A model generated the notes under the pieces. That model was not told the origin of the DNA. It searched no databases and saw nothing but the letters and a program-made list of their open reading frames with translations. Positions 44,967-58,173 of a stretch of 64,000 bases of DNA are shown here, piece by piece. The position numbers and the translations under genes are program-made. Positions within the stretch are counted from its first letter, which is position 1. The number at the start of each line of letters is the position of its first letter. Source of the DNA: the human T2T-CHM13v2.0 reference genome, Homo sapiens; assembly GCF_009914755.1 (NCBI RefSeq), contig NC_060928.1; one strand, 5' to 3'.

Positions 44967-45319
44967 CAGTCATGTGACAATTAATGATGGGAATAAATTC
45001 TGAGAAATGCATCATCAGGCAACTTTATTATTGTGCAAAAATCATAAAGTATACTAACTTAAACCCAGATGATATAGCTTACTACGTGCCTAAACGAAAC
45101 GGTACAGCCTATTGCTCCTAGCTTACAAACCTGTATAGCATGCTACTCTACTGAATTCTGTAGGCAACTGTGACACTATGGTAAGTATCTGTGTATCTAA
45201 ACCTATCTAATCATAGAAAAGGTATAGTAAAATTCATTATGATGATCTTATGGGACCATCATCACATACGCAGTCCATTCTTTACCTTGTCTGAAACTTT
45301 GTTTTGTGGCACATGACTG
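44967..45319. mobile_element. Tigger3a/MER7A (TcMar-Tigger) MITE
   Basis: TIRs cagtcatgtg...cacatgactg; internal ttctgagaaatgcatcatcaggc and cagcctattgctcctag. Confidence 0.9.
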
Positions 45320-45429
45320 TATTTGTATTTAGTCATTTACATTTATTTCAATTATTCATATGACTGGGTTTAAATCTATCTTCTTCTTGTCCCCTTTTTA
45401 CTCTGTTGCCCCTTTTCCTTTTTTCTGCT

Positions 45430-46065
45430 TTATTTTGGATTAGTAAATATAGCCAGTCAGTTGCAAAGACTTCTTAATTCTGCACATGCAGTGGCTCTCA
45501 TGTAATCCCACTGGTTCTATTCCTATAGCTTTCCATGCAAATTATCTTTCTCTTGATTAATTTTATTAAGTTTTTTGGGCTTTCTGATTCAAAATTTTCT
45601 TTCCAATATACTTTCCTTTTTCTTCTTTCAAGAAGAATAATTTCAAATAATATATCAGTCTTTTGTATTATAATATTTATGACTCAAATTTGCTAGTTTG
45701 TAACTCACTATAATGTATCAAACTTACATTGAGCTTTATTCTACTATTTTGTTTCTCATGGTTGCTTCTGAATATTAGCTTACTGTGTTTACTTGGCTGT
45801 TTTAAATTACGTAATTTCTTTCTCCTCATTTCATCTATACTACCACTGCCTTCCCTACCAACACGTCTAAAAATTTCCTGGAGCCTTATCTGATTGTGCT
45901 ATCTAGAATAAATATTTCCACATCCTAAGTTATGATCATGCTTAATATTACTTGTTTTTATATTTTATATCTCCTATTAGACTGCAGAGTAATATTATTC
46001 ATCAATGCTTTTTACTAAGTACTTATTAAAGGATTTACTTATAGTAGTCTCTCAATGAAAATGTA
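45430..46065 (+). mobile_element. L2 remnant
   Basis: Degenerate L2 3' region (tatctcctattagactg...atagtagtctctcaat). Confidence 0.5.
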
Positions 46066-46159
46066 AAAATAAATTATATAAATAAGTTAATCAGTGATAT
46101 GGTATAAGAGCCACCTCATTCCATACATAACAAACAAACACACATAAGCACTCTCATTA

Positions 46160-46290
46160 CATTTTAGGATACCTCTGCTTGGATACTTCCAGTGATGGAA
46201 TAAGTTCATCTAGGCAATTTTCCATTCTGTTGCTGGACTATCCTATTTACCTAAACATTTTTTATTTTAATAATCTAAAATCTGGCTTTT
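46160..46290 (-). mobile_element. L3/CR1 fragment
   Basis: cctctgcttggatacttccagtgatgg...aggcaattttccattc...ggac resembles antisense L3. Confidence 0.55.
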
Positions 46291-48046
46291 AAAACTTAAT
46301 AACTAAAAATTACGAGAATAGTAGTAATGATTGCTTCAGAATTTTGTATTAAATTGTAGCTTATAAAATATTTTTACATAAATAAATTTCAATAATTTCC
46401 CTGAAGATGCACAGAAGGAATATACCCTTTTTTCTGCTTTTCTGTCTCATATATTATCACTCTTCCCTAATTGTTAACCATGAGCAAAGCTCTTCTAATT
46501 ACTTTTCTCTAAAATTAGCATTAAAACCCCTTTTGGATATGTCAGAGAAAGGGTTAATATTGCTTAGCTAAAAATAGCTCATATAACTGGAGTTTCAGTA
46601 AGCACTGTTATTCTAAAAACAGAGAAAGGACAAAATCGATTGAAAAATTAAATAAGATAATCCACATAAAGCTCTTAGTAGCATATCACATATCTTTTTA
46701 AGGAGAAGATGCATGAAATAAATTATTATCATTATTGTTAAAATAAATAATAAATATTTATGGTGTATATAGGAAAAGTTGTCAGCATCTCTGACAACCA
46801 AATAAATATAGTTAAAATAATGTATATATATGAAAATATTCTATAATAATTATAAAAATTGCCAAGAACCTCATAACAGAGATATAGAAAATATCCTATA
46901 TTTGCTTTTAAAATAATGTATATGTTTTCTTTTATAATTTGAAATGATTTTTATTTGACTGTTAAATATCTACTTTGGTTGCCTTTCATTTTTCACATAT
47001 CAATTTATTCTGAACCTAAGCCTTCCTGGCCCTCTTCTTTCATATTCACAAATCTTCCTATTTTTGTCCTTTAATAGGACTTCTGTTCATATACTATACT
47101 AGCCTATGCCATTTCCAATCTAATTAGTGACCTTCTTGTGCATTTATATTAATTTATATGACTACATTTATTTTTACTTTCAAGTAAAAAACAATTCAAG
47201 ATTATTTTTAGAATAAAATTACTGGATCATTTATTCTTAACTATTTCTGTTCTTAAACATCCTTACTCCTTTGATAACCAGTCCCACCAATACCAATGAC
47301 TTACTGACAGTACCACAAACTAGGGATAATATAATCTGTGTATGTAATATATAATAGTCTGTGTCTTTGTATGTGTGTGGGGGGGAGTGGGAGTAGTTAA
47401 GATGATTCCACAAGTAATCTTGATAAACTTGCCTTCAACCTCTCGTTGAGACTGCTCCAAGAACTCCTATCAATCTGAGACATTTAATTTTGCTTGTATT
47501 GGCTGTGGAACACTAGAGAGGTGGAAATGGTCCTGGACTTATCAGATGACCTAGGTTAGAGGTCTTGCTCCATCATTTACAAATCTTGCAATCCAAGACA
47601 GTCACTTAGGCTTTCTCATTTCCCTTCCTTGATTTTAAAAGAGAGATTAAAATATCTCATAACAAACTTGCCAGGATAAAATGAGTTAATACCAAGGCCT
47701 CTGTAAGATAAAAAGAGTTATATAATCAAAGGCATGTGTATTACTGTTATTTCTTTTAACTTTGAAGTGTGCTTGCTTAACATTAAGAGCTCCTTCACAC
47801 TATGCTCTCTCAGCTCTTTCGTTATTTTGAAATTTAATGTTACAGGCTCTTTTTCAGACTTTTTCACATTATTGATTAGTTCCAATTGGGTCTTCCTCAT
47901 TGGTCAAAGATCAAGTCTGCATTCATGTTTGTGTCTAAAGATTGATACATGATGAGAAAGTTTGGAGAAGGTAGGCTAATACGTATTGTGATAGAAGTAA
48001 AGTCACCAAAGAATGCATTTAGAAGGAGTTTAAAAGTTATTTTCTC

Positions 48047-48321
48047 AGCTGGAAGCAGTGGTTCATGACTGTAATCCCAACACTTTGGGAGGCTGAGGTG
48101 GGTGTATTGCTTGAGCCCAGAAATTTGAGGCCAGCCTGGACAATATGGTGAAACCCCATCTCCACAAAAAATACAAAAATTACCTGGGCATGGTGGTGCA
48201 CTCCTGTCATCCCAGCTACTCCAAGGCTGAGGCATGAGAATCACTTGAGCCCAGGGGGCAGAGGCTGAAGTAAGGTGAGATGGTGTCACTGCACTCCAGC
48301 CTGGTGGACAGAGCAAGACCC

Positions 48322-48368
<47 letters not shown>

Positions 48369-49600
48369 AAAAAAATAAATAAATAAAAGAAAAGAAAAGA
48401 AAGAAGGAAAGAAAGGAAAACACGAAAGAAAAGAAATATCAGGGGAACAAGCCCCCAATATTTCAGTGTAGGTCCTTTCTACTTTCCCTAAGTGTCAGCC
48501 AGTCTGAGAAATAAAGAGAAAGAGTACAAAGAGAGGAATTTTCCAGCTGGGCCTCCAGGGGTGACATCACATATCGGTAGGTCTGTGATGTCCCCTGAGC
48601 TGCAAAACCAGCAGGTGTTTATTCAGGACTTTAAAAGGGGAGGGGGTGTATGAACAGGGAGTAGGTCACAAATATCACATGCTTTAAAGGGCAATAAAGA
48701 TCTCAAGGCAAAGGGCAAAGCAAAGATCACAAGGCAAAGGGGAAAACTAGAATTACTGATAAGAGTCTATGTTTGGCTGTGCACGTATTATCTTGATAAA
48801 CATCTTAAACAACAGAAAACAGGGCTTGAGAGTAGAGAACTGGTCTGACCTCAAATTTACCAGGGCAGGATCTTTTCCCCACCCTAATAACCCTATGGGT
48901 AGTGCAGGAGACCAGGGCGTATTTCAGTCCTTATCTCAACCACATAAGACAGATACCCCCAGAGCAGCTGTTTATAGACCTCCCCCCAGCAATGCATTCC
49001 TTCCCCAGGGTATTAATTATTAATATTCCTTGCTGGGAAAAGAATTCAGCGATATCTCTGCCATTTATAGGCTCTCTTGCACACCCATTTATAGGCTCTC
49101 TGCAAGAAGAAAAATATGGCTGTATTCTGCTCGACCCCGCAGGCAGTCAGACCTTTTGGTTGTCTTCCCTTGTTCCCTGAAAATTGCTGTTACTCTGTTC
49201 TTTTTCAAGGTGCACTGATGTCATATTGTTCAAACACACATGTTTTACAATCAATTTGTGCAATAGTGGTTCTGATGTGATGTACATTCTCAGTTTATGA
49301 AGATAACAGGATTAAGAGATTAAAGATGGGCATAAGAAATTATAAAAGTGTGAATTTTGGAAACTGATAAATGTCCATGAAATCTTCACAATTTATGTTC
49401 CTCTGCCACAGCTCCAGCCAGTCCCTCTGTTTGGGGTCCCTGACTTCCCACAACAAAGAAAGAAAGAAAGAGAGAGAGAGGGAGGGAAGATGGGAGGGAG
49501 GGAGGGAGGGAAGGAAGGAGAGAGAGAGAAAGAGAGAGAGAAAGAAAGAAAAAGAAAGGAAGGAAGGAAGGAACGAGAAGAAAAAAGAAAAGAAAGAAAA
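48047..49600 (+). mobile_element. AluJ with an expanded (CT)n(CA)n/purine tail split by MER11
   Basis: Alu body 48047-48325 (ttgcttgagcccag); TSD aaaa(g)ttattttctca at ~48032 and ~49602. Confidence 0.88.
48437..49455 (-). mobile_element. MER11 solo LTR (HERV-K HML-8)
   Basis: Minus strand begins tgttgtgggaagtcagggaccccaaacagagggactggctggagc...aacataaattgtgaagatttcatggacatttatcag; 6-bp TSD aagaaa. Confidence 0.93.
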
Positions 49601-50117
49601 GAAAATTATTTTCTCACTACTTTGAAGGATGCTATAGGTAAAGGCATCCCTAGAGAATATGACAGGCATGATTTTTTTAAAAGATCATTAAGTGCCCTCA
49701 AAAATCCACTACATTGTCTTAAACATGTGCAAATCATTGAAATAACAGATGTTATGATAGGAGTAGAGACTCCAAGAAACATAGAAAGTACAAATTAAAA
49801 GCAGTATTAAAATTAAATGTGGTAGATAAAAATAGATCAACGTACAATAAGGTTATTTAATATAAACTGAAAACAACCAGAATGATTTTTTAAAATACAT
49901 AACATAATACTGCTGGTTAAAATTCCTTAATGGCTTCCAATGCATTTAGAATCAAGTTCCAACAATTGGACTTTTAGTTGTTTAAAATGACTCTGTGTGT
50001 CTGTGTGTGTGTGTGAAAAACTGTGTGTGTATGTATTCTATGAGTTCTCTACTTTATTCTCATAATTAGAAAAGATATTTCATTGTTTACGTCAATAAGC
50101 ATTCAATAAATGTCTTT

Positions 50118-50296
50118 ATTATTTTTATTTTTCATTTCAATAGTTTTGGGGGAACAAGTGTTTCGGATTTTATAGAAAAGTTCTTTAGTGGTGATTTCTG
50201 AGATTTTGGCACACCTATCACCCAAGCAGTGTACACTCTACCCAAAGTGTATTCTTTTATCCCTCTCCCAACTCCCAACCCTTCCTAAAATCCATT
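50118..50296 (-). mobile_element. L1PB 3' end fragment
   Basis: ttttgggggaacaagtg...aagttctttagtggtgatttctgagattttgg; TSD aataaatgtcttt at 50105 and 50297. Confidence 0.9.
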
Positions 50297-52907
50297 AATA
50301 AATGTCTTTTTTTTAAATTGATAAACTCATAATGGGCCTTGACATTTTAGAGACTTAAAAAAAATTATTAACTACTGTGTTTTTAAAAATAGCTTATTTT
50401 TTAGTTAAAAAATAAACTCTATCAATAACCAAATTAAATTTGATAATGGAAATGACATTACTTTTTTATGCTTAAAATGCTATTTATTTGGTGGAATACA
50501 AACATGTACATGTAGACATATATGTATTTACATGCATATATAAATCCTTAGCAATTAATTAAAAAGCTATTTTGGAAGTCTAATATCTAGTAACTTCTCC
50601 ATGCATTCTTGTTTCTTTATTTCTGTTTTCTTTGTCTTTCTTCAAAATAGCATGACTTTGTGATAACTGTAAAAATTTCCCAATTAGGAATTCTAGAAAT
50701 TGCATTTCAATATTACATTATTCATGGATAAGTGTAGGAAACTGTTTCTCATCTCCAATTAGTAGGTGATTTAAAAAAAATCAGTAGGATTTAAATTTTA
50801 ATGATGGTTGTAATAGAAGCAGAGTTCTCAGAAATAATGATAATATGCTATGCTCAAGTCCCGTGTTATCTAGTGAATGCATGTGAAGAGCTTTCTGGCC
50901 CTTCCACATTCTTTTGTTAATAAAAATATCTAGGGAACTAAATGAAACTAATAAGTCTTATATTTATTGTTTTTTGTCTTTAAAAAAACAGAATTAATTA
51001 GAAGAAACTGAGGGATAAGACTTAAGGAAAACATATGAAGATAACAAAGTAGGAATAAAGAATCCATGCTAGCAGGTGAAAGCGCTCAAGGAGTTAAAAA
51101 TAATTACAAGTGACAAATCTTAAAGGTGTGGCCTTTCACCCGGGGTTTGAGCCTAATTATATTTTGTAATCTATTTTAATAATGACTAATCCATGTTTTC
51201 AAAAATATCACAAGTTTTTCCTAAACATGCAAACCTAGTTCTAGTGTGGTTTCTAATTCATCTACTAATTAACAGAAAATATTGATATAATAAAACCCAA
51301 AAGCTCATATCATTCTTAGTTATAATTGCCTATCATATGAATACAGTTCAAATGTAATGGATGAGAAAGGATTATAAATCTTATTAACATGATTGTTATT
51401 TGGACCTGGCATAATAATTTTAATAACTTTAGATTTACTCTCAAATTAGCTATTTATGAGAGGTGAGGAGAATGGTTCTCACAACTAGAAATATTTCTTA
51501 AGATAGAGAATTTAGAGAAAATATTTATTTTTTCTCTATTTTTCACCTCCCTTTTGCTGCTAAATTACCGAGCATGTTAAAATCTTATCTTCCCTGACTC
51601 TTGTTTTAAAGCAAACAAAACTCTTCACTATTTTAAAAGATTAACAATGTCCCAGATAGATTTATTATTCGTTCGGTATACAGCATCACTCTGTTGCCAT
51701 GTTTGACACTTCCAATTTCAATTTATTTCCTCACCTCAGGGTAACCTCAGATCTTAGATCAATGTCATTTGATAACAGAGTACAATTCTGCATGACATAT
51801 TCTCAGTTGCCATAGACAATGCTTTGATGAACGCCTTTAAAGTAGAATAAATCTCTTATGCTATAAAACAAATGGCCTTGTATACTTTTGCAACAATAAT
51901 GAATACTTTTCAGGGGTAAAAATGTCAACAAAAATTTCCAAGGGCAATGAAAATAGGACAGTGGTAGTGTTTTTCTCTGCATTAGATGCATCAGGACTAT
52001 TCTAACTGGTTCCCACTGATGCCACCTTTCTTGGAGATAACAGAGATGAAGGTGCAAATGATGAATACATGTGCAAATATTCAAGCCAATTCTTCAGTCA
52101 TCAATGCTGCAAGAATACTGGGCATCCCTAAATTAGGTAGATTTTACTTCTGAAGATTAAAAAAAAATCCCATTAATTTAGACCATTAAGTTAGAGTTCT
52201 ATTATATTTTGAGCTGATTATGATAAAGTAATATTCTTTATGAGAGTTGTTCATCAAAATTAAATTATAAATCACTACAATATCGATTTTCCACTGTAGT
52301 AATTCAAAATATTTTTATATTGACATGTTTAAGTGATATTCAAATGATCAAGAAAACAGCCTTACATATATGTCACTCTGATTTCATAATCATAGCCATG
52401 CTCTGTGAAATTCTGTTTTTTCAAAGACGAGATACAATGTTCTCAAATGGTACAAAACTTAATAGTTTAAATCAAAGGAAGAATGGTTTAATTCAAAATA
52501 AAGATTTAAAATAAGAATAGTACTAAAGAGCAAGGTTCTAATTCAAGGTATTTCAAATCCTAACAAGACACTGTGTTGGTGATAGGCACGTGATTCAGGT
52601 TTGTGTTAGTAAGACCTAAGAGTGCTGGACAAGAACAGGCGTGTGATATTTGTGTTTGTTTGGATCTATCTAGCTAGCTAGCTTTATTTCTGGAAATAAT
52701 TTTGAATAAATTTTTTTCTATTAAATATTATCATGGTATCACTATTTAGTTTCCCCATCAATTTTTAGGTATAAAGTTTCTTTGTAGTTATTGATTAGCA
52801 TATACACACATATACATATAAATAGATATATTTATATAGACACTTACGTGAACCCAAACAATCTGTATGCCACTTTGGAACTCCTCAGAAGCTACTTCAA
52901 AAGCATA

Positions 52908-53305
52908 TGTAGTAGAACCTTCAGTCTCATCTGGTTGACCTCTCCTGTCTAGGCACATAGAAGACCATCCTTCCCAGACCACTTGTATTTAGATAGGGTC
53001 ATTTGACTCATTGTGATCAATAGACATGAGTGGAAGGGATGGGATTATGTTAGGACGAAGGTTGTGTAAAATCTTTCCACAACCCTCTAGCTTTCTCATT
53101 TCCTTTTTCAATGCTCAGAGAGTAACATTTTTATGATGAAAAAAATCCCAATATGAAAACCAACCAGATATCCCAAGACACGACTTAGAAAACTTTCAGA
53201 TTTATTGAACCCCTGCAGATTTTGCATTAACAAGATATAAGCTTCTATTTTATTAAATCACTTAGATTTCAGGACAATTTCTTATTTAATCACAAACTAG
53301 TATTT
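52908..53305 (+). mobile_element. MLT1I/J-like LTR
   Basis: ggcacatagaagaccatccttcccag...caatagacatgagtggaag...ttattaaatcacttagatttcagg. Confidence 0.6.
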
Positions 53306-53598
53306 ATATACATGAAAATTATTTTTATTCTATCCGTCTTGAAGTTCAAGGTGTGTTGAGTTGGATATTTAAGCATATGATGTGCACCCTGGAATGTTCT
53401 TATTGATTCACATAATACTTATTAACTTTCTATCTTGCAATTACATTTTGCCAGGCACTAGGAATACAAAGTTCCATATGATATCACAATCTAATAATAA
53501 AAAGAATATGAACAAGTAGTTAAAATTCTGTGATATTATTAGTGCCATTGATGCTCTATTAAAAGATAGAAACCAAGAGCTAAAGAATATTTGAGAGA

Positions 53599-56500
53599 CA
53601 GATAGAGGGAAAATGGCTGATAGGAGGCAGGACTAGAGTGCAGCTCCCACTTGGATGGACAGAGAAGCATGTGCACACTCACATGGTGAACTTTTGCTCC
53701 AAAACTACTTCAGGAATACACCAGGAAAGGTGAGAGAATCCACAGACTCTCTGAAGGAAGTAGATTGCTCCTGAAGGACCCAGGAGACACCCCTAATGCT
53801 GTGAGTGCCCAAGCTGTGTAAGTGGGAAAGGGGGATCGTCCACCCCTGAACACAGACCCTTACTGGGAAACGTGAAGGTATAGATCACGGGAGAAGAATT
53901 TGACCTTACCTGGACTTGAGTCAAATTAGACAACCAAGCGAAATAAAGGTGTAGAGGAAGCAGCAGGAAAAGCCCCATGGGCTCTCTCGATCCCCAGGGA
54001 AGCAATTTCTGCCTTGTCTTACAGGGGCCCTTGGGGAGGGCTGCCAGAGGAACAGGAAAAAGACCACATGAAGAAATAAACCTCCAGCTAAACTTTGTAA
54101 CAATTCCAACCAAACATGGCATCTCCTGGCGAGAACTCATGGTAAAGTGTGAACCGAGTTTTCAGATGTGACAGTCAGGAGGCACAGAAGCTCTGTTTGC
54201 TTTCTCAGCTGGGAGGCTGGTAGCCTGGGGCAAGTTCTCTGCCCAGCTCACCCACTGCCTGGAAGCACACTCAGTGCTGTTGGCAGGGGCACAGTGGGAG
54301 TGAGACCAGCCTTTTGGGTTGCATGGGAGCTGGGTGAGACCTGTAACTGCGGCTTTTCCTCACTTCCCTGACAACCTGCATGACACAGGGGAAGCACCCA
54401 TAATCCTCCTAGGAACATAACTCCATTGACCTGGAAACCACACCCCCATCCCCAACAGCAGCCGCAGCAAGCCTCACCCAAGGAGAGTCCGAGCTCAGAC
54501 ACGCCTGGTCCATCCCTATCCACCCTGGTAGCTGAAGACAAAAGGCATATTCTCTTTGGAGTTCTAGTGCCCCACCCACTGCCTGCTCTTCCCTATACTA
54601 CCACAGCTGACGCCCTCTTGAAAGTGCTACCTGCTGGCAGGAGGTCAACCAGCACAAAAATAGTGCATTAAACAAAACTAAGGACCCTCACTGAGTCCAT
54701 TTCACTCCTCTGCCACCTCCACTGGAGCAGGTCCTGGTATCCATGGCTGAGAGACCTGAAGACAGTTCACATTACAGGATTCTGTGCAGACAACTCCCAG
54801 TACCAGCTCTGCTGGGTGGCTAGATCAAGAAAGGAAATAACAATCACTACAGCTTGGCTCTCAGGAAGCCACATCCCTAGGAAAATAAGGAGAGTTTTAC
54901 ATTAAGGGAACACTCCATAGGACAAAAGAATCTGGACAGCAGCCATGAACCCCAGAGACTACCCAAATGAGAAGGAATGAGAAAAACAATTCTGGTGATA
55001 TGACAAAACAACGTTCCTTAACAGCCCTCCGAAAAATCACACTAGATCACCAGCAATGGATCCAAACAAAGAAGAAATCTTTGATTTACCTGAAAAAGAG
55101 TTCAGAAGCTCAATCATTAAGCTAATCAAGGAGGCACCAGAAAAAGGTGAAGTCCAATGTAAGGATATCAAAAAAAAAAAAAAACTGATACAAAAAAATT
55201 AGGGAAGAAATATTAAGTGAAATAGATAGCATAAATGAAAAACAATCACAACTTCAGTCAATAAAGGGCACACTTAGAGAAATGCAAAATGTTCTGGAAA
55301 GTCTCAGCAATAAAATCAGACAAGTAGAAGAAAGAGCTTCAGAGCTCAAAGACAAGGTTTTTGGATTAACCCGATCCAACAAAGACAGAGAAAAAAAGAA
55401 TTTTAAGAAATGAACAAAACCTCCAAGAGGTTTGGAATTATGTTAAACAACCAAACCTAAGAGTAATTGACATTCCTGAGGAAGAAAATAAATTGAAAAC
55501 TTTGGAAAACATATTTGATGGAATAATCAAGGAAAACTTCCCTGGTCTTGCTAGAGATCTAGAGATTCAAACACAAGAAGCTCAAAGAACATCTGGGAAA
55601 TTCCCCACAAATTCCTAGGCACATTGTCATCAGGTTATACAAAGTCAAGACAAAAGAAATAATCTTAAGAGCTGCGAGCCAAAAGCCCCAGGTAAACTAT
55701 AAAGGAAAACCTATTAGATTAACAACAGATTTCTCAGCAGAAACCCTACAAGCGAGAGGGGATAGGCCCCTATCTTCAGCCTTAAACAAAACAATTATCA
55801 CCCAAGAATTTTTATCCAGAGAAGCTAAACTTGATAAAGGAAGGAAAGATACAGTCTTTTTCAGAAAAACAATGCTGAGAGTATTCATGACGGCCAAGCC
55901 AGCACTACAAAAACTGATAAAAGGAGCTCTAAATATTGAAACAAAACCTGGAAACACATCAAAACAGAACCTTCTTAAAACATAAATATCACAGGACTTA
56001 TAAAACAAAAATGCAATTAAGAAAAACAAAGTATATGGGCAACAAATAGCACAATGAATGGAATAATACCTCACATCTCAATACTAGCATTGAATGTAAA
56101 TCGTCTAAATGCTGCACTTAAAAGATACAATATTGCAGAATGGATAAGAATTCACCAGCCAAGAATCTGTTGCCTCAAGAGACTCCCCTAAAACATAAGG
56201 ACTTGCACAAACTTAAGGTAAATGTGTAGAAAAAAACATTCCGTGCAAATGGACACCAACAGCAAGCAGGAGTAGCTATTCTTAGGTAAACCAAATTTTA
56301 GATCAACAGCAGTTAAAAAAGACAAAGAGGGATATTGTATAATGATAAAAAGCCTTGTCCAACAAGAAATGTCACGATTCTAAATATACAGAAACAAAGA
56401 TAAATAGGTGGGACTTAATTAAACTAGAGTTTTTACATGGGAAAAGGAACAGGAAAAGAAACAGCTGGCAGAGTAAACAGACAACCCACAAAGTGGGAGA

Positions 56501-58173
56501 AAATCTTCACAATCTATACATCTGACAAAGGAATATTATCCAGAATCCACAAGAAACTCAAATAAATTAGCAAGAAAAAAACAAACAAATAAACAAACAA
56601 AAAATAAATAAATAAAAAAACAAACAAACAAATAAATTAGCAAGAAAAAACAAACAATCCCATCAAAAAGTGGGTTAAGGATGATTCTCAAAGGAAGATA
56701 TACAAATGGCCAACAAACATATGAAAAAATGTTGAACATCACTAATGATCAGGGAAATGTAAATCAAAACCATAATGCAATACCACCATACTCCTGCAAG
56801 AATGACCATTATCAAAAAAATAATTAAAAAAAAAAAGATGTTGGCATGGATACAGTGAAAAAGCAATACTTCTACACTGCTGGTGGGAATGTAAACTAGT
56901 ACAACTACAATGAAAAACAGTGTGGATATTTCTTGAAGAACTAAAAGTGGAAATACCATTTGATCCAGCAATCCCACTACAGGGTATCCACCCAGAGGAA
57001 AAGAAGTCATTATACGAAAAAGATACTTGCATACACATGTTTATGATAGCACAATTCTCAATTGCAAAAATGTGGAACCAGTCCAAATGCCAATCAATTA
57101 ACAAGTTAATAAAGAAACTGTGGTATATATATGTGTATATAGGTATATATGTGTGTATATATGGGTGTATATATACACACATATGTGTGTGTATGTATAT
57201 ATGGGTGTATATATACACACATATATACACACATATGTGTGTATGTGTGTATATATGTGTGTATGTGTGTATATATGTGTGTATATATACACACATATGT
57301 GTGTGTATATATGTGTGTATATATACACACATATTTGTGTGTATATATGTGTGTATATATGTGTATATATACACACACGTGTGTGTATATATACATACGT
57401 GTGTGTGTATCTGTGTGTATATATACACACACGTGTGTGTATATATACATACACGTGTGTGTGTATCTGTGTGTATATATACATACACGTGTGTGTGTAT
57501 CTGTGTGTATATATACATACACGTGTGTGTGTATGTGTGTATATATACACACACGTGCGTATATATGTGTATATATGTGCACGTGCACGTGTATGTGTGT
57601 ATATACGTGCACGTGTGAGTGTATGTGTGTATATACGCACACGTGTGTGTATGTGTGTATATATGCGCAAGTGTGTGTATATATGTGTATATATATGCAC
57701 GTGTGTGTATATATGTGTATATATGTATATACATGTTTATACATATACATATGTGTGTATATATATACGTTTATGCATGTATACATCTATATAGCACATA
57801 TGTGGTATGTATATATACATATGTATATGATGGAATGAATTAATGGCATTCACAGCAACTTGGATGGTACTGGAGACTTATTCTAAGTGAATTAACTCAG
57901 GAATGGAAAACCAAATATTGCATGTTCTCACTTATAAGTGGGAGCTAAGTTATTAGGATGCAAAGGCATAAGAATAATACAATGGACTTTGAGGACTAGG
58001 GGGAAGAGTGGGAAGGAGTGAGGAATAAAAACTACACATTGAGTTCAGTTTATACTGCTCGGGTGATGCATGCACCAAAATCTCACAAATCCCCACTAAA
58101 GAACTCACTCATGTAACCAAATACCACCTGTTCCCCAAAAACCTATGGAAATAAAAAACAAACAACAAAAAAA
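53599..58173 (+). mobile_element. L1PB1/L1PBa LINE-1, 5'-complete, with a large internal ORF2 deletion
   Basis: 5'UTR aaaatggctgataggaggcaggactag...; broken ORF1 from ATG 54967; ORF2 start 56054; 3' end cacctgttccccaaaaacctatggaaataaa; TSD aa(t/c)atttgagaga at 53586 and 58174; host is an antisense L2. Confidence 0.92.
57122..57829. repeat. ~700 bp alternating purine-pyrimidine (TA/TG/CA) compound tract
   Basis: Directly visible; source of the 200-330 aa YIHT/CVYI ORFs. Confidence 0.97.

Noticed and set aside
47897-48458. Alu-overlapping ORFs (here and at the other Alus)
   Set aside because: Typical Alu translation products such as LECSG and SWDYR
51803-52084. 93-aa minus-strand ORF in non-repeat DNA
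   Set aside because: Non-ATG start, no recognisable domain and no exon structure
57375-57560. Regular ~34-bp units resembling a CRISPR array
   Set aside because: Low-complexity tandem units with no unique spacers, no cas genes, and primate DNA
56742-57843. Longest ORFs in the track (200-330 aa, both strands)
   Set aside because: Translations of the TA/TG/CA tract, which cannot encode stop codons in alternating RY sequence; not genes
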